In this document: positions 1 through 14,200 of the stretch, piece after piece
How positions within the stretch are numbered: the first letter of the stretch is position 1
Layout of the letters: each line of letters starts with the position of its first letter
Made by a program: the position numbers and the translations under genes
Source of the DNA: Auanema rhodensis
Lineage: Eukaryota; Animalia; Nematoda
DNA: 64,000 nucleotides
Assembly: GCA_964057225.1 (NCBI GenBank)
Contig: OZ059895.1
Span: forward strand, 18,104,001 to 18,168,000
Direction: 5' to 3'
Notes under the pieces: generated by a model
The model's database searches: none
Told to the model about the DNA's origin: nothing
The model's input: the letters and a program-made list of their open reading frames with translations, nothing else

Positions 1-275
1 ATTATTAAAAATATTTTTTTCGCCTACATTATCTCCAATCGGATCATATTTATGAAATTTGAATTAAATACTATATATAGAAAAATATTAGTTAGTTAAA
101 TCACCATGTAATATAACCTATATGGGATATGAGAAATGACGTTTAGGTAGATGAGACGTTAAAACATTCTCCGTTTTCGTCTTCATTCCCCTGTATATCT
201 CCATACAAACATTTAAAAGATATTCAGTATAAGTAGCATATATATAAATATATATGTATAGAAAGAGATATATAT

Positions 276-276
<1 letters not shown>

Positions 277-343
<67 letters not shown>

Positions 344-357
344 AGAAGAAGAAGAAG
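277..357 (+). repeat. (GA)n followed by (GAA)n microsatellite
   Basis: Read directly from the sequence. Confidence 0.95.
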
Positions 358-3239
358 GGCGATTCAAGAAAGTCAACGAAGGCAATATTCAATGAAAAGT
401 CACATGGAATAAAGGACGAAAGGAATATGAGCTATTCAATAGTCTCAACAACCACAGCCACTACCCTTCAACCACCAAAATACTCGTAAATGGATGTTGG
501 GTTAAAGAATCAAATGAAAAGAAAGCATAGCGTATGCTTCTCTCGATCGCGCTCAAGACAATGTAAGCAACTGGATCAGCTGGAATCCATCATCATCGCC
601 CAACCTTGGCCAGGTGTGGGAAAAAAACATGAACACACTAAGTAAGGCCAAATGTAATTCATTATGGGAACAATGGCTTAAAAATTGGTAGCTATGCCAT
701 GCTGCTATTCAGGTTGTATTCAAGTTCGAAGAAGACGTGGGCAAATTGCGATGGTGAGAGTAAGAAGCGTATCAATACGAATGACATATGCAAAGTATTG
801 AAAAATTACTAGTGGTAAGGAAAAAAACAGAAGCAGAGCTTCATTCTGACTATCAGGTTTAGGGGTATGAAATTCAAAAAGTCTGAACAATAGTAAGTGA
901 GACAGAAAAAAATACGAAAAACATTTAGAAACTTGATGAGCATAACCAATCGGTGAACAGAGTAGAATTGTTGAGACGCGTAATGTGTGTCTGACAGCTA
1001 TTTTCGAATACTTCAATACTATGAGTTTGAGAATTGTTGAGTTTAATCAGCAGCATGATGAACAGCTTAGTTACATCTGTTGCAACGTATGCTCAGCATA
1101 GTTGACATGTCGTCATAGTTGACGTTCTCTTTATCGGCGGTATGCAATTGGACGTGACGATGAATACAAAAATCGAGAAAAACAAAACATTTCATCCGTT
1201 TATGGTGCGAAACGCGCAGAAAGAACAGCAAGTGAAAAGAAGAGTATGTGAAATCGACATTCAGTAGCAGATTGTGTCCAAGTGCAATGATTGTTCATCG
1301 ACTGACTGTTGTGGCCTCAGCCTGTTAGATGCGGTGTGATTGTGTAAAGTTCATCTGGAGCTAGCTGATGCTCGGAAGTACGGGGTGGAGAAGAGATAAA
1401 TTTTGCGAGAGTGAAATGATGAGAATAGAAAAGAATGAGAGAAATAGACACAATTGAAGATATGTATATTGGACAATAGACGAGTAATACTACGTTACAA
1501 GACGTTCAAGTTGTATAAGAAAGATGTAAGAAGTCGGAAGCTGTGGTGTGGATAATCTACAGAGCTAGATGATGGAGATGAAGCAGCAGTTGCAACACAA
1601 CAACTCTAAAGGTGCTTAGTATGTGTGTAATATCACAGAAGAAAGAATAATACTCAATATAGATTAAAAAGATTTACATGAATCAACGTGTCGATTGACA
1701 CGTTTGTTAAGCTGTTGAAATAAAGTGTTTAAGTCAGAAATATAGATGCTACATGTACAAAAAAAATAAAAGAGAAAGAGAAAGAGAGAAAAAGAGAAGG
1801 TAAAGGGAATATTTGATGGTAAAGAATGCGACACGGATTTTGATACGGCTATATTCCGAGATTGAGCTGTTCTGTTAATAGAAGTCTGTGATGCTTGAAC
1901 AAGTTCCTGGCTGTTTGTTTCTTGTGCCACTTGTAAATCTTTTACTCAATTGTGCACAAGGCAAGGCAGGAAGCTTTTCCATCTATTTTCAACATCTCAA
2001 TGTCCCAGCCTTTCAATCTTTCGAATATTGCTTATGCCCCTTCGTGGCATTTTTTATTGTCAAAACTCTAGAGATAGATGAGCATTTGAAATTGAGCAGA
2101 ACGTTAGACTAAGCTGTAAGGACGTTGCTGTCAGGTAATCAGGTATAAGATGCGATAAAGTTGTTAAATCTTCATTTTCACTCATTGAATAGAATAATGA
2201 TTGTAATTGATTTATATCCGACCTGAAGCTGTAATCGCACCTGCAGTTGTTTATTCTTTCACAAGAATCAGTCTTCTTATTTCAGAAACTTGTTGACCTC
2301 CCAGTAATCTTTCTTTTTTTGGCTCTCTTTCTCTCTCTCTCACAGACTCTTTTTCTCTCTCTCTCTCTGTATCTGTTTTCTATACCTTATGAAAAGCTTG
2401 AAAAAAATAAAAAAAACTCAAAGAAGCTGATGATTGAGATCTTACAAGTTTTCAAAGCGGAACTGAAACTTGGAGCATACCAAAATATCTTTCAAAAAAT
2501 CAGGAAACATTTGAATACGAGTGGATGATATTGGATATGAAGATTAATATTTATTGTCAACAACAATAATGACTTCGGTTTTATTCAAAAAAACTTATTT
2601 ATTGTTGACTGATCACAAGGGTTGAACAAAAAAAATTTTAATAGAAGCCACTAATGTAGTTGAACATTGAGTTCTTTATAGAAAGCTGGAAAAAAGAAGT
2701 AATCATACTTATTATAGTTATATAAATAAAATATATTTAACAACTAAGTATAATATATTCAATAAATATTTAGAATTGAAAGATATCATTTGATTTTTGA
2801 GAAATGTTATGTGAGACAATATCATGTTGAATGTATTTATCAACAAAAAAATCAATAAATAATAGAAATAATAAACAAAAACAAATTTTTACTATCCAAT
2901 ATTATTTGAAATAAAATGAAAAAAATTTTTTCTGATATTAATTACATTAATTATGTTGATTAATTATTTTAATTTTATTTTAAAGTAATTAAATAAAAAA
3001 GAAATAAAAATTGATAAAATATTCAGAAATACTTGTCCATTTACACATAACAGTTTAGTTTTATTTTTGATCTGATACAATATTTATTATTATAATATAT
3101 TATAATATAAAAAGATAAATTAAATTTTTTTTGTAAAATAATCTGATGCATTTCAAAAGATCTTTGTTATAGACGTCGTCGTGTTGATTAATTTAATTAT
3201 TATCAAAGAAAAAAAATATAATTAAGAATTGGAACTAAC

Positions 3240-3298
3240 CGTTTACAACTAACACCATTTGGTGAGGTTGGTGGTGATGGAAGAATTTCAGTCATTTC
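3240..3298 (-). CDS. Orphan coding exon (E)MTEILPSPPTSPNGVSCK(R) of an unidentified gene that continues toward or beyond the left edge
   Basis: GC-richer island in very AT-rich DNA. Acceptor TTTCAAG before 3298 (alternative TTTTAG before 3376), ATG at 3295, donor GTTAGT after 3240 (phase 2). No family recognised. Confidence 0.5.
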
Positions 3299-4428
3299 CT
3301 TGAAATATGATTTTCTTTGTATAATATAGCTATTCTTTGGAAGATGAACTAGAGTTTGAATTTAATAAATGAATACCTAAAATACGAGAGATTTCAAAAT
3401 AAATTTGTCGAAATTAAAAAAAGAAAAGAAGAAAGAAAAAGGTGAAAATAATTTTAAAAATTTACATGTTGATAATCAATAACTTAAATTTTAAAATAAC
3501 AAACAAACAAAATGATAATTAATAAATGTAAAAACTAACAATATAAAAAAAAGCTGTGATAGGATAAATAAAAGCAACTTGGAAGCAAGCTGAGAATATT
3601 TAGAAAAACGTGGTGATACCGATTACGAGATGAAGAGAAGATGAGTCTGCTAAGCCATCTCTGAGTCTAAAGTTGCCCTTTCTTTGTGTTGAGGTAGATA
3701 GAGAAAATAAAGAAAAAGAGAATAACGATGAACATGATGCTGATGAGAGGAAACATTAATCAAGATGCAAGTCGAGTGATTTCAGCGGACAGCATGCCCT
3801 CCCGCAATTTGTTCCTGTTTTCCGGAAAGCAGCTATGTAGTCTGACTTTTGAATGTAACGGAAACTGAGGAAGATGAGCAGGTAACAAGAAGGAAATTAA
3901 AAGGGAAATGCTAGAAAGGACAGAGAGAAAGAAAAAGGGTGGGAGAGAGGGGAGAGACGAAGAGAGGGAATGGCAATGATGGAGATGGCAATTGTCTATT
4001 GACGTAGATTCAAACACGTCTATCAATATGAAATCAAAGAAAAACAAATCTCACAGTTTTCTATAGGAATGACACTCTCTGCTCATAGTTAACTGACATC
4101 CATGAAGAATAATATATCGTGGCTTGAAGCATCTATTAGACAATCTGTAAGGCTTGGTGGAAGCGATAGGATTGGAGCAATACAGCTGATAAGCATTGCC
4201 TATATAGGAGCAAAAGCGGAATCGATTTGTAATCCTCCCATTAGCTGCATATGCTGGAGACGAAAAAGAGGAAAAAGGAATACGAGAATTTGTGAAAGAG
4301 AGATGAAGAGGAATTGTGATACGAAGTGAATGAGAAATTTGAAAGAAAGATATAGATAGAGAAGTATAAAGAGAATGTGAAAGAGAGGGGGGCGTATGTA
4401 GGTGGAAAAGCGCAATATTTTGCAACAT

Positions 4429-4431
<3 letters not shown>

Positions 4432-4486
<55 letters not shown>
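4432..4486 (+). repeat. (GA)n microsatellite
   Basis: Read directly from the sequence. Confidence 0.95.
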
Positions 4487-7400
4487 AAAAAATAACGATT
4501 GAGTAAAGTAAAGATAGAACACATAGTGGATGTGGAACCGTTCTTGACTTTGAAAATTGAAATTTAAAAGCACATCTACGGATTCCTCTTTCTACTTAAT
4601 TCAATATTTTGAGAAAGAAAGTGTTGTCGTTCGTGATTGTGGCTTGCAACTTGCCCACACACATAGAAATTTCAAATAAAACCTTAACAACCGTGTGAAA
4701 ACGAGAAAAGAACTGATATGAAGTGAAATTAATATACTTAAATATTTTATGCTTGTAAGAATGCTCTTTTCTAATAAGAATAGATAAACAATAATGGAAT
4801 AGTTTGGAGGTTTACAGCATAAAATGTGACGAAAAGTGAAATGCTGAGCAGTTTTTCCTTCTGATTTCGGAGGGTGTGTGAGAGAAATTGATAACGATAT
4901 AGGCATTGCACATAATGACAAACGACTACATGCTATCAGTTCTGAAACAAAAAGCTAAAATGTTGTTTTTCTTTGATAATTTCCAAATAATATACTGCAT
5001 AATGGCCTAGTTCATATAGGTAGACACAAAGTAGAAATAGGGAGGAATGAGAAAGGTTTTGCAACAAAGGGCGCTGTATGTGATGATGATGACACGTTAT
5101 ACGTTTATGGCCTTCATTTGCATTCATGTTAATCTAAGAATTTTGAGATTGATCTCAGATTTTACCACACTGGAATGAGGGGCAGAGACTAAGAAAGAGA
5201 AAGACAGATGAAGAGAAATAGAGAGAAAATGAAAGAGTGAACAAGAAAATGTGCATATAGTGAGATAAATAGATTAACTGACTTAACGGGCCTAATTAGG
5301 CGGAAAATAATAAATATTATTATAAGTAATATATTTAAAAATATTGGAAACTTTGAAAAAAAAATTTCACATATATTAGAAAGATATGTAAGATATTAAA
5401 CTGAATAATTGGATAATAATGATGTTGATGATGATGATGCTGCTGATGGTGTTTAGGTTATGCGGAATATTGAGCACTGACTGCAAAAAAAAAGAGAGAA
5501 AGCGAGAAAGAGAGACAGGGAATGAGGGAGAAAATAAATGGTTTGTGTATACGAGATTGAACATTCGGTTCGTCGACGTCCAGCTGGTATGAAGACGACC
5601 AAGCCCTTTTTCTTCAGAAGGAGAATAAACATGACCTCAAAACAGTGTATTTAAGGTAAACTCACTAAATCATCAATGTAATAACGATGTGAAGGTGAAG
5701 TAATTTCCGCCATCAAAAGTAATTTTGAATTAGACGAGTGAAAGAGAGAGAGAAAGAGAGTGACGACGGGGGCAGGATTCAAGAGTATTGAGATTTGATG
5801 GTAATTATGCAATAATTATAAAACAATATGAAATAAACTTATTCAAAAACAAAAAAAAATTCTTTTTTTCTCATTTAATGTTTTAAATAAGTTTATGAAA
5901 GCTTAACCATGTATATAATAATCGGACAAAAATTGTATAAAAAAAACAGAATTTTTAGGAAATGAAATAATATCCAGCCATATAACAAAAGTCAAAAATA
6001 TATACATATATGTTATATCAACTAAATAGGCTTTTGCTATAGCCTCTCAGCGTTTCTATGGCACTCGTTGAGCAGATAATTAGTTGCTGGTGGTGAAGGC
6101 TTGGCTGACCATAGAAAGAAGGCTTGTTTCTTCAACATATCTCAGACCTTCATACTTATGTTCATCCATAAATGAGAAAAGTTACGAATATACTGTGTTA
6201 TTCTGAAGATTCAGTTCTTTCTCTCTCTCTCGCTCTCTCTCTTTCTCTCTTCTTCTATCTTTCTCTTTCTACCTATCACTCCACTATCATCCATATATAT
6301 CTCACTCCTGCTCTCTCTTTCTCAATCTTCTGAAGTAAATATTCTCCTTTTTATGTGTTCTAATTTCAACAGATGTTGCGTCAGTAATCTGATCAGCAAA
6401 TCGGTGTTCAAAGCAAATGATAACTGCCGATTACAACATTTGATTGCATGGGTGCCTGCAAGATGGTAGGCAGGTTCAGATCAGTTGCATTGAGTGCAAC
6501 GTTCAGATGATTCTTGAATACAAGAAAACAATGTTATCTTCATCTTTTAGAAAAAATATAGGAAAGAAAATTTGTTTTTTGATCAAAAATAATGGATGGT
6601 GTACTCAAACCAACAAAAAATATATAAGTATATAATGATTCGATGGTATTATAATCCGCTTAAATCGAATTACAATACTTCTATAACCTAGATATTGACT
6701 GAGAGGATATGAGTATGACAGAGCCACTTTTAGGTATTTAACAAGAAAATACAGAACATAAATAGTATGAATAAGAAATAATTTTATGGAATGCTAAAGA
6801 AGAGTTCCAATCAAATCAGTATATAAAACTTCCAAAACGGCTGATAAAACATTTTTTTAATGATAATTATAGACTAATGATATGGCTATAAACGATACTA
6901 GTTATTCATTCAAAGAAAATGGAATTTGGTTACGTTCATTGAAACATATTGAAGAGGAGAGAAGAACTGATAGAAGAGGATAAATAAAGATGTATAGTAT
7001 GACACAGGTCACAAGAAAAGTACAAAAACTGAAAAATATAAAATTTTAACAAGAAAAAAGTTGAAAACCTTGTGCATGAGGCAAATGATGAGGTTGCTTT
7101 TGGATCAAAATGATTCAGATGGAAATCGGATAATTGGATGACCGGCTAGGCCGAATGAGCAGAACCCAGATGAATGAAATGTCGATGAAAGACGAGAAAA
7201 TAACAGATTTGTTCTGAAGACTTCACATGTGTGTTGAAAAGGACCGGGTAATTCAGGAGATCTGAGAGGAAGAACGATTTGATGAACATACTCTACAGAA
7301 GAGAGAGAGAGAACAACATATGATGAGAGAGTAGGGGGTATTCGTTAGTTATGTGTTAGTTATGTATATGACAGTTGTTGGAAAATCTATATATAGATGG

Positions 7401-10400
7401 TGAAAATTGGGACGAATAAAATAAAAATATCCGCCGTCGAATGGCCTATGAGAGTACTGGATATATGCAAATCTTTCTGTTAGCTGAATCGTTAGAAGAT
7501 ATTCGCAGAGTTTATATCGTTGTTGACTGATTATGAACCATCTCAGGTAATTCAGCGGATCGTTATATTCTTGAAAATTGATGTATGTGTGTGATATACA
7601 TGGATATCGGGAAAGGAAGATAGGAACGATTGCGAGGGCAACTAACATGAAGATTTTCAAATTTCTTCTCTCTCTTTCTCTTCGAAGTTTATCTCGCGCT
7701 GTCTACGAACTCGTCGCTGAGCGTACTCGACTATTCGAAAATAACGACGACGGCGTTGTCACAGCTGTCGAACAACTTCCGAAATGGGAACATCATGTTG
7801 TTGTGGATGGTTTGATCCAGATGACCCACAGGCCGTTTAAACAACAACGATTTGGCAACAGCAAGATGAAGAGTAAAAGAGAAAGAAGATTGAGAGCGAG
7901 CACGACGGTGTTGTCTGTATCTTACCATTGAAGATGATGAAGTTTGTACAAACACAGATGAATATATTTCGATTTATTTCGAAAGAATAACCCAAAAAAA
8001 CAGCAAAAATATGAAATCGAAAAATTGCAGGAATTCCAAGCTTGAGACGATAATGATGATGATGATGATGATGATAAGAGATGCAGATTTTAATATTTCA
8101 AGAGCTCGTTAAACAAATCTAATAACAGCAAATTCAAGATTAATTCCAGAGAAGCTAGTTCAAGCTGTTCAACTGATAGAGAAGCATGAAAAACAGGCTA
8201 GACTTGATGCTCGAAATAACAAATTTGAGACTTTTAGCAAAAACGGTAGATTCCTAATATAAGACGGAGGAGCAGTATGGATGGACGGCGGTTAGATGAC
8301 AACAACGATGATGATAACAACTGAATAGATGATAGAAGTGCAGAATGAGAAAAAAAAATGATTAAGGATAGTTATTACATATGATATACTGTGCTTGAGA
8401 AGTGCTCAAAAAGAAAAAAATTAAAGTTTTAGCTCATGACGATGACAGTTTCAAATGTTGTTTACACATACTTAAATCATAAAAGTTACAAATATGGATT
8501 CAAGGTCGAATTCGATATAAAATGAAAAATGAAAGTTTTTTGACAAATAAATCAGTAGATATATAGTATAGATAATATAATAGACTCTCTATCAAATTAT
8601 ATATTTCGCAAATAGGTAAAAGGAAAAACATGTCGGAATGCGGTCGGTGTTACTGCTAAAGCAACTAACGTATATTCTTCCTGTACAATGTCTAAAAGAT
8701 GAAATAAAACATCGAATGCACAATAATTCAGAATATTAAAAAGTTGTAGGTAAGGTTTGTAGCATGAATGCTTGAGGCAACGTCATGAGTAATTCCGACT
8801 ATACATGTATGCTGTCTCAAATCACATCATTCAAATAGCTGAGTCAGGTTCAATCGAAATATACACATACACACAATTAATCTCTTGCATTATATAAAAG
8901 AGGAAATACGATTGAGGAAGAGTAGACGAGAGACTTTTTGAAACAACATTTGAATAGAAACGACAACGAAAAGGGAAGATGACAAAGGAAACACAACCGA
9001 GCTGCTGGCATGAAAACGACTTAAATGATAATTTTACGACAAAAAGAAAGAAAACACATCATTTTCACGTTTTTCACGTGAATCTAACGAACAAATAATG
9101 TCAAATCGGATTGTTTCAAAGATGAAGAATTGATTCGATTTATTGATTCGATTTTTCCATAGAACAGTAGAAATTTCGAACATGACGAACTGAAAAAACA
9201 AACAATATGTAATATACAATAAACTATAAGTGAATTGCTTATTTTAGAACATTGTTATTGGTATTTTCTGTGTTGAATGAGCTTCAAGATATATATAAAT
9301 ATAATATATATGTAATATAGAATTATTCTGATGTTTAAGAAAAGTTCAAACGAGGTATTCGAGAAAAATATAGAAAAACAGAAAAATGAACAGAGAGAGA
9401 GAGAGAGAGAAGAGTGTACGAATAAGGAATACAGAGAAGCACTGCTTTTATTGAATAAGTATGACAAGATAAGCCTGTGTGATCAGCCAAAAGAGTCGAA
9501 AAGTCGATTGAATACAAGGAGAGGTCATGAAAAGTTTTATGAAAAGGAAGGGCATGCTAAGCTAAAGAAAACTATAAAAAGACATTGGAAATTAATTGGT
9601 TTTCTTATGTTATGATACAAAACGAAATGCAAAAAATGCTGTGAATTGTTGGACAAAGTGCTGAAGAACTTGTCTCTTGGATGATGATGATACACAAGAA
9701 AAGGCGAGAAAGAAGAAATAATTCTGTTTTCTCTCTTTCTCACTCTCTTGCGCATTTTCTTTTTGATTTTTCATCAATAAATTGGTAATATTTTCACAGA
9801 AAAGCTGAGATTAGAGAGGATATCAATGCAATGTCTTTGAATTAGTTTTGGGGAAAAAATCTGATTTTTGTGAACGATAACCCGGACTTGAATGTCTATT
9901 ACAATTTATTTCAATGATGATGGAGAATGATTTGAATTGAAGAAGAATTAGTTGGAGATTGCGGTAAATCGGAAATAAATTTTTTTTTCAAGTGTGAACG
10001 ACGAACGGTTGAAATATTTGGCAGAAAGGATAATATTCTGAGTAAAAGTAAGTGAATGATGTTGTGTGAGCATATACAGTTAGTAGATCTCTCTCTCTCT
10101 CATTCCCTCTATATCTCTCTCATCATCTCTTTCTCTCTTTCTCTGTATCTCTATTTTCAACCTATATTCTAGTAAATGTTTCGTTAGAGATTATTCGTTT
10201 ATCCTATGTATTTTCTGGATAGTCATGATCATGCAGATTGCCAAAAACTGACAATATGTTGTCCGAAAACGATGATGATTGAAAGGATGTGGTGGATAAA
10301 GAAGAAAAAGAGAGACAAGTGGCACAGGTACTAGCTGGATGAGCGGAAACATGGCATAAAAGGAAACAACTTGAATGAAAATGCTGGATAATAAGTGGAT

Positions 10401-11181
10401 GAAGAGAAAAAATTGGAAGAGGGCAAACGAGAGAAACAGGGTGATGTAAAGAGATGAATAGTAAGTTATAAGAAGAGAGTCAGATAGTAAGATGAGAATG
10501 AGGGAAATAAAGGTTATTTAGGGTGTGATGAAAGGATACAGAGAACTGACATACTTAGCTAGCACGTCATCAGAGGTGAGTATGCAGTATGAGAATCAGG
10601 CAAGAAGAGGTTGAATGAGTGAAACTAGTTTATACTTCTGATATGTTTCATGAAGAAGTAGTAGTTAGTTGGATAGTAGCCTCAGTTATGCTACTGGGCA
10701 TTTATATTTTAAATGATTTAGGATGTATGAATATATAAATGAAAATTTTGATTTATGACAACTGGCTAGTAGAGATCATGCTTATAGACATACTAGGCAA
10801 ATTTACTTTTGAAAATATAACTATTCAAGTCGATAGAGAATGAATTTTGTAGATTTTGTGAAATTGGTGAAATAATATGGGCATACAGGAATAGAGAGTA
10901 TGAGGTAAATGAGAAAGAAAAATTGCAAGAGAGATAAAAGAAAAAGGGAGAGAGAGAAAAGAGAGAGAAAAGAGAGAGAAAGAGAAAGGGAGAAAGAGAG
11001 AGAAAGAGACAGAAAGAGAAAGAGAGAGAGTGCGAAAGGACATGGACGAAAGCAATTTGCGCGGCCTTTTGAGGTGATACATGTGTGGTTGTGTGCTGGA
11101 GCCGATACCGATGCACAAAACCAGCAGATTGAGCTGTCAGCCATGTCACAGTCATAGAAGTTGTCTCTTATTGAGTCGACA

Positions 11182-11227
<46 letters not shown>

Positions 11228-14200
11228 TCTCTCTCTCTCTTTCTTTCTCTGTCTAACTAGAACTCTTCATTTTCTGAAATATAAATCACTAATAGTCATA
11301 AGAGAATCTATTGACATTCAAATTGACCAAAGAGAGAAGTAGGTTGAGCAAGAAGGCACAATATTCAATAGTAACATGTCCAGAAGATCAAACTGTCCGA
11401 CTATGTGATGTCGTTGAGTTAGATATAGTGGGTCGAAGGTGAATCTGAATGAAGAGATGAAAATATGCACAAGAGCTTCAGAATAAGCATGCATAGTTGC
11501 ATGATTGAATGAGTGAAGATGTAAAACAAGATAACGACGAAAGACGCGCAAATTGAAACAAGCAGAAGTGCATCATCATGTTGATTAAGCAACAACTTCA
11601 AGTGATTTCAAAATATTTTCCAATCTTTTCAACTGTGTTTTGAGTGTAAGTTCATGACATATACTTCTTGTACTAAAGAGAATTACGATAATCGGAAGAA
11701 CTTGGTAAAGACATGAATAAAAGAATGAAAATGGGTTTCAGATTAAGAATGCAATCTGCATGTTGCGTTAAAGCTCAGAAGAGAAAGAGAGGGGTATTAG
11801 GAGGCCGTCGCCGTAGTCTAAGCAACTGAGAGGAAAGGATAGGAGAAGCGTGTGCCAGCTTGAAGAAAGGTAAAACATTTTTTTCATGTTCAAGCTCAAA
11901 AATCATAAAACTAGATCAAGGAAAAAGCGATTCAATGCTGCATGTAGATGATGAGCATCCTTCGAGTCATACAAGTCGTCGAACGCTTGGCATATATTTA
12001 AGTTCGACCTCATACACACTCCTAGAATGACATGTACATAGAATGTAAAGAAGGCATTTTTAAGCAAAATCTGATTGCTTTACTCGCCTATTTGCATGTT
12101 TCATTTAATTTTAAATTCAAGTACAGCATTGAAATTATCTATTTTCATATTCAGAAGCTAGTTCTACTTTATAATCTGAATGTATGTTGTTTCGTAACAA
12201 AAACATAAATATCAAAATGTTTTGATTTTGAAAAGAAAAAAATTTTGTTTTCAAAATTAAACGATTTCCTGATTATCATCTACTGTCGACCATATGCATC
12301 AGCGCGAGAACACTCATGTATTACGTGTAATTTCATTGAAGGTATTGCAAAAAAATTCTTCAAAACAAATTGTAATATAAAGAATTTTGACTACTTGTGG
12401 TTTTAAATAATGAATGAAATGAAAAAAAAAAGTCATTTGAAAAATTCTGAATGAAATTCTCTTGCTGTGAGTATCTATATCCATCCAATAGTCTCTCTCT
12501 CCCTATCTCTCTCTCTCTCTCTCTTTCAATTTCTTTTCTTAATTTTCTGATCATGATCAACATAGATGTCACCTACATCCGCATTAGACTATTAATTTGA
12601 TTTCATTTAGCATGTTATAGCTCTAACTCATTTTTCCATTGACTACCATCATTAACAATAGACTGTTGAATCTGATTCAAGGATGAAATGAATGATAGAA
12701 TTGTCTAACATCTGTGTGAGATCATCGAGTTTAAGACTAAAGGAAGATAGGTCAGAATTTAAGGCTGAAGGATAAAAGACATAGATTGCGAATGATGAAG
12801 AAAGCGTTTCTGTGTGTGGGTTGAACCTCATTCATCATGGTTTTGACGACTTGTTGAGCTTTATTCTGCTACAAGGTCAGAACAGCGGTAATTTACTTGT
12901 TGGAAGCAAAACGTCTATATTTCTGCATATGGATCGAACAAAAAGAGAAGAAGAAGAAACCGATATAGAATAGGAATATCAAGATTCAGAAGAGAAGAAA
13001 AATAAATTTCTCAATGAAATGCATCATAGCTATTGGTTTTATATAAAAATTTTAAGCATAAGAAATGGAAATTTAAATAAATAAATTGTTTTTTTCCTTT
13101 GTTAACTAATTAGTCATATACAATATGAATATGAATATAATGCTACGAATATTGCATAACTGGTTAATATAGATAACGAGGCCAAAGTATGGAAAATGCA
13201 GGCATGCTCTAGCTGGAATCAGCAGCAGAAGCAGCGCCACCACTACGGCGACCAATTCCCTCTGGTCGCATATGGGCCAAGTTGTCCAGAGGGAGTAGGC
13301 AGATTCAGTCATCGTTCAACAAAGGACGACGATGAAACTGGTAAAGAAGGAGAAAAAGAGAATGAAAGAAAGATCTAGCTGAAAAGGCCAAATATGAAGA
13401 TATTTATCAAGCCGTGTGAAAGAACAAAAAATATAAAAAAATAAAATGCTATAAACCTTACTTGGAAGTTAAAAAAAGATACAAGACAATTGAGCGTTTT
13501 GATGTATTAAATGACAAAAAAAACAAAAAGTAATGTGTACGTGATTGAATGACAAAAAAAAACAACCGTCTTCCTGTCTTTTCGGGATTAAAATACAAAA
13601 ACAGAAACATCCGGCTGAGCACAAAATGAACATATAATATACTTGCATACATATACATTTCTCGTATTTGAACTAATGAATAAAGGTTGAAGTTTGTATG
13701 AGAGGGACTGAGAGAGACAGAGAGAGGGGAGAGAGAGAACGAGAGAGAACGAGAGAAAGGAAATGAGGGGATTTAGAGATAAGAGTATAAAAATAGACTA
13801 AATAAAAGACTAATGAATTGAGAAAATAAGAATTTCATGTTCTGAAATAGGAACTTCAATGCTTGCAAGCATGTCGTCAAAGAATATTCTATATATCTAC
13901 TTGTTTACAATTTTCAACAACATCAACAATAACAAAAGAATAAAAAGATATAGTAACTCTTTCATCAAGAAAAACATAAGATTAGATTGAAAAAAAACAC
14001 AAAATATATACACAACTTGAGTATTTTAACTGATAAATAGTAAAAAGAAGGATTTCAGAATTCCCTAATGTCTGCTGAACCTTTGGTGATGTTCAAGATG
14101 TTCGATGAGCAACTTTGACATAAGGCGGGCAATATGAGGGCGGTAAACATACTCTATGTACGGTCATATCACTGGTGATATATGTATAAGCTTTAACTAA

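Noticed and set aside
5290-5301. GCCTAATTAGGC, head-to-head nematode telomere hexamers
   Set aside because: One unit each; equally a TAATTA palindrome. No telomeric array or evidence of a break site.
10793-11157. ERERER/LSLSLS ORFs here and at many other repeat tracts
   Set aside because: Translations of (GA)n/(TC)n microsatellites.
12039-12057. TAGAATGTAAAGAAGGCAT resembling miR-1
   Set aside because: Mismatch in the seed, divergent 3' end and no good complementary arm.
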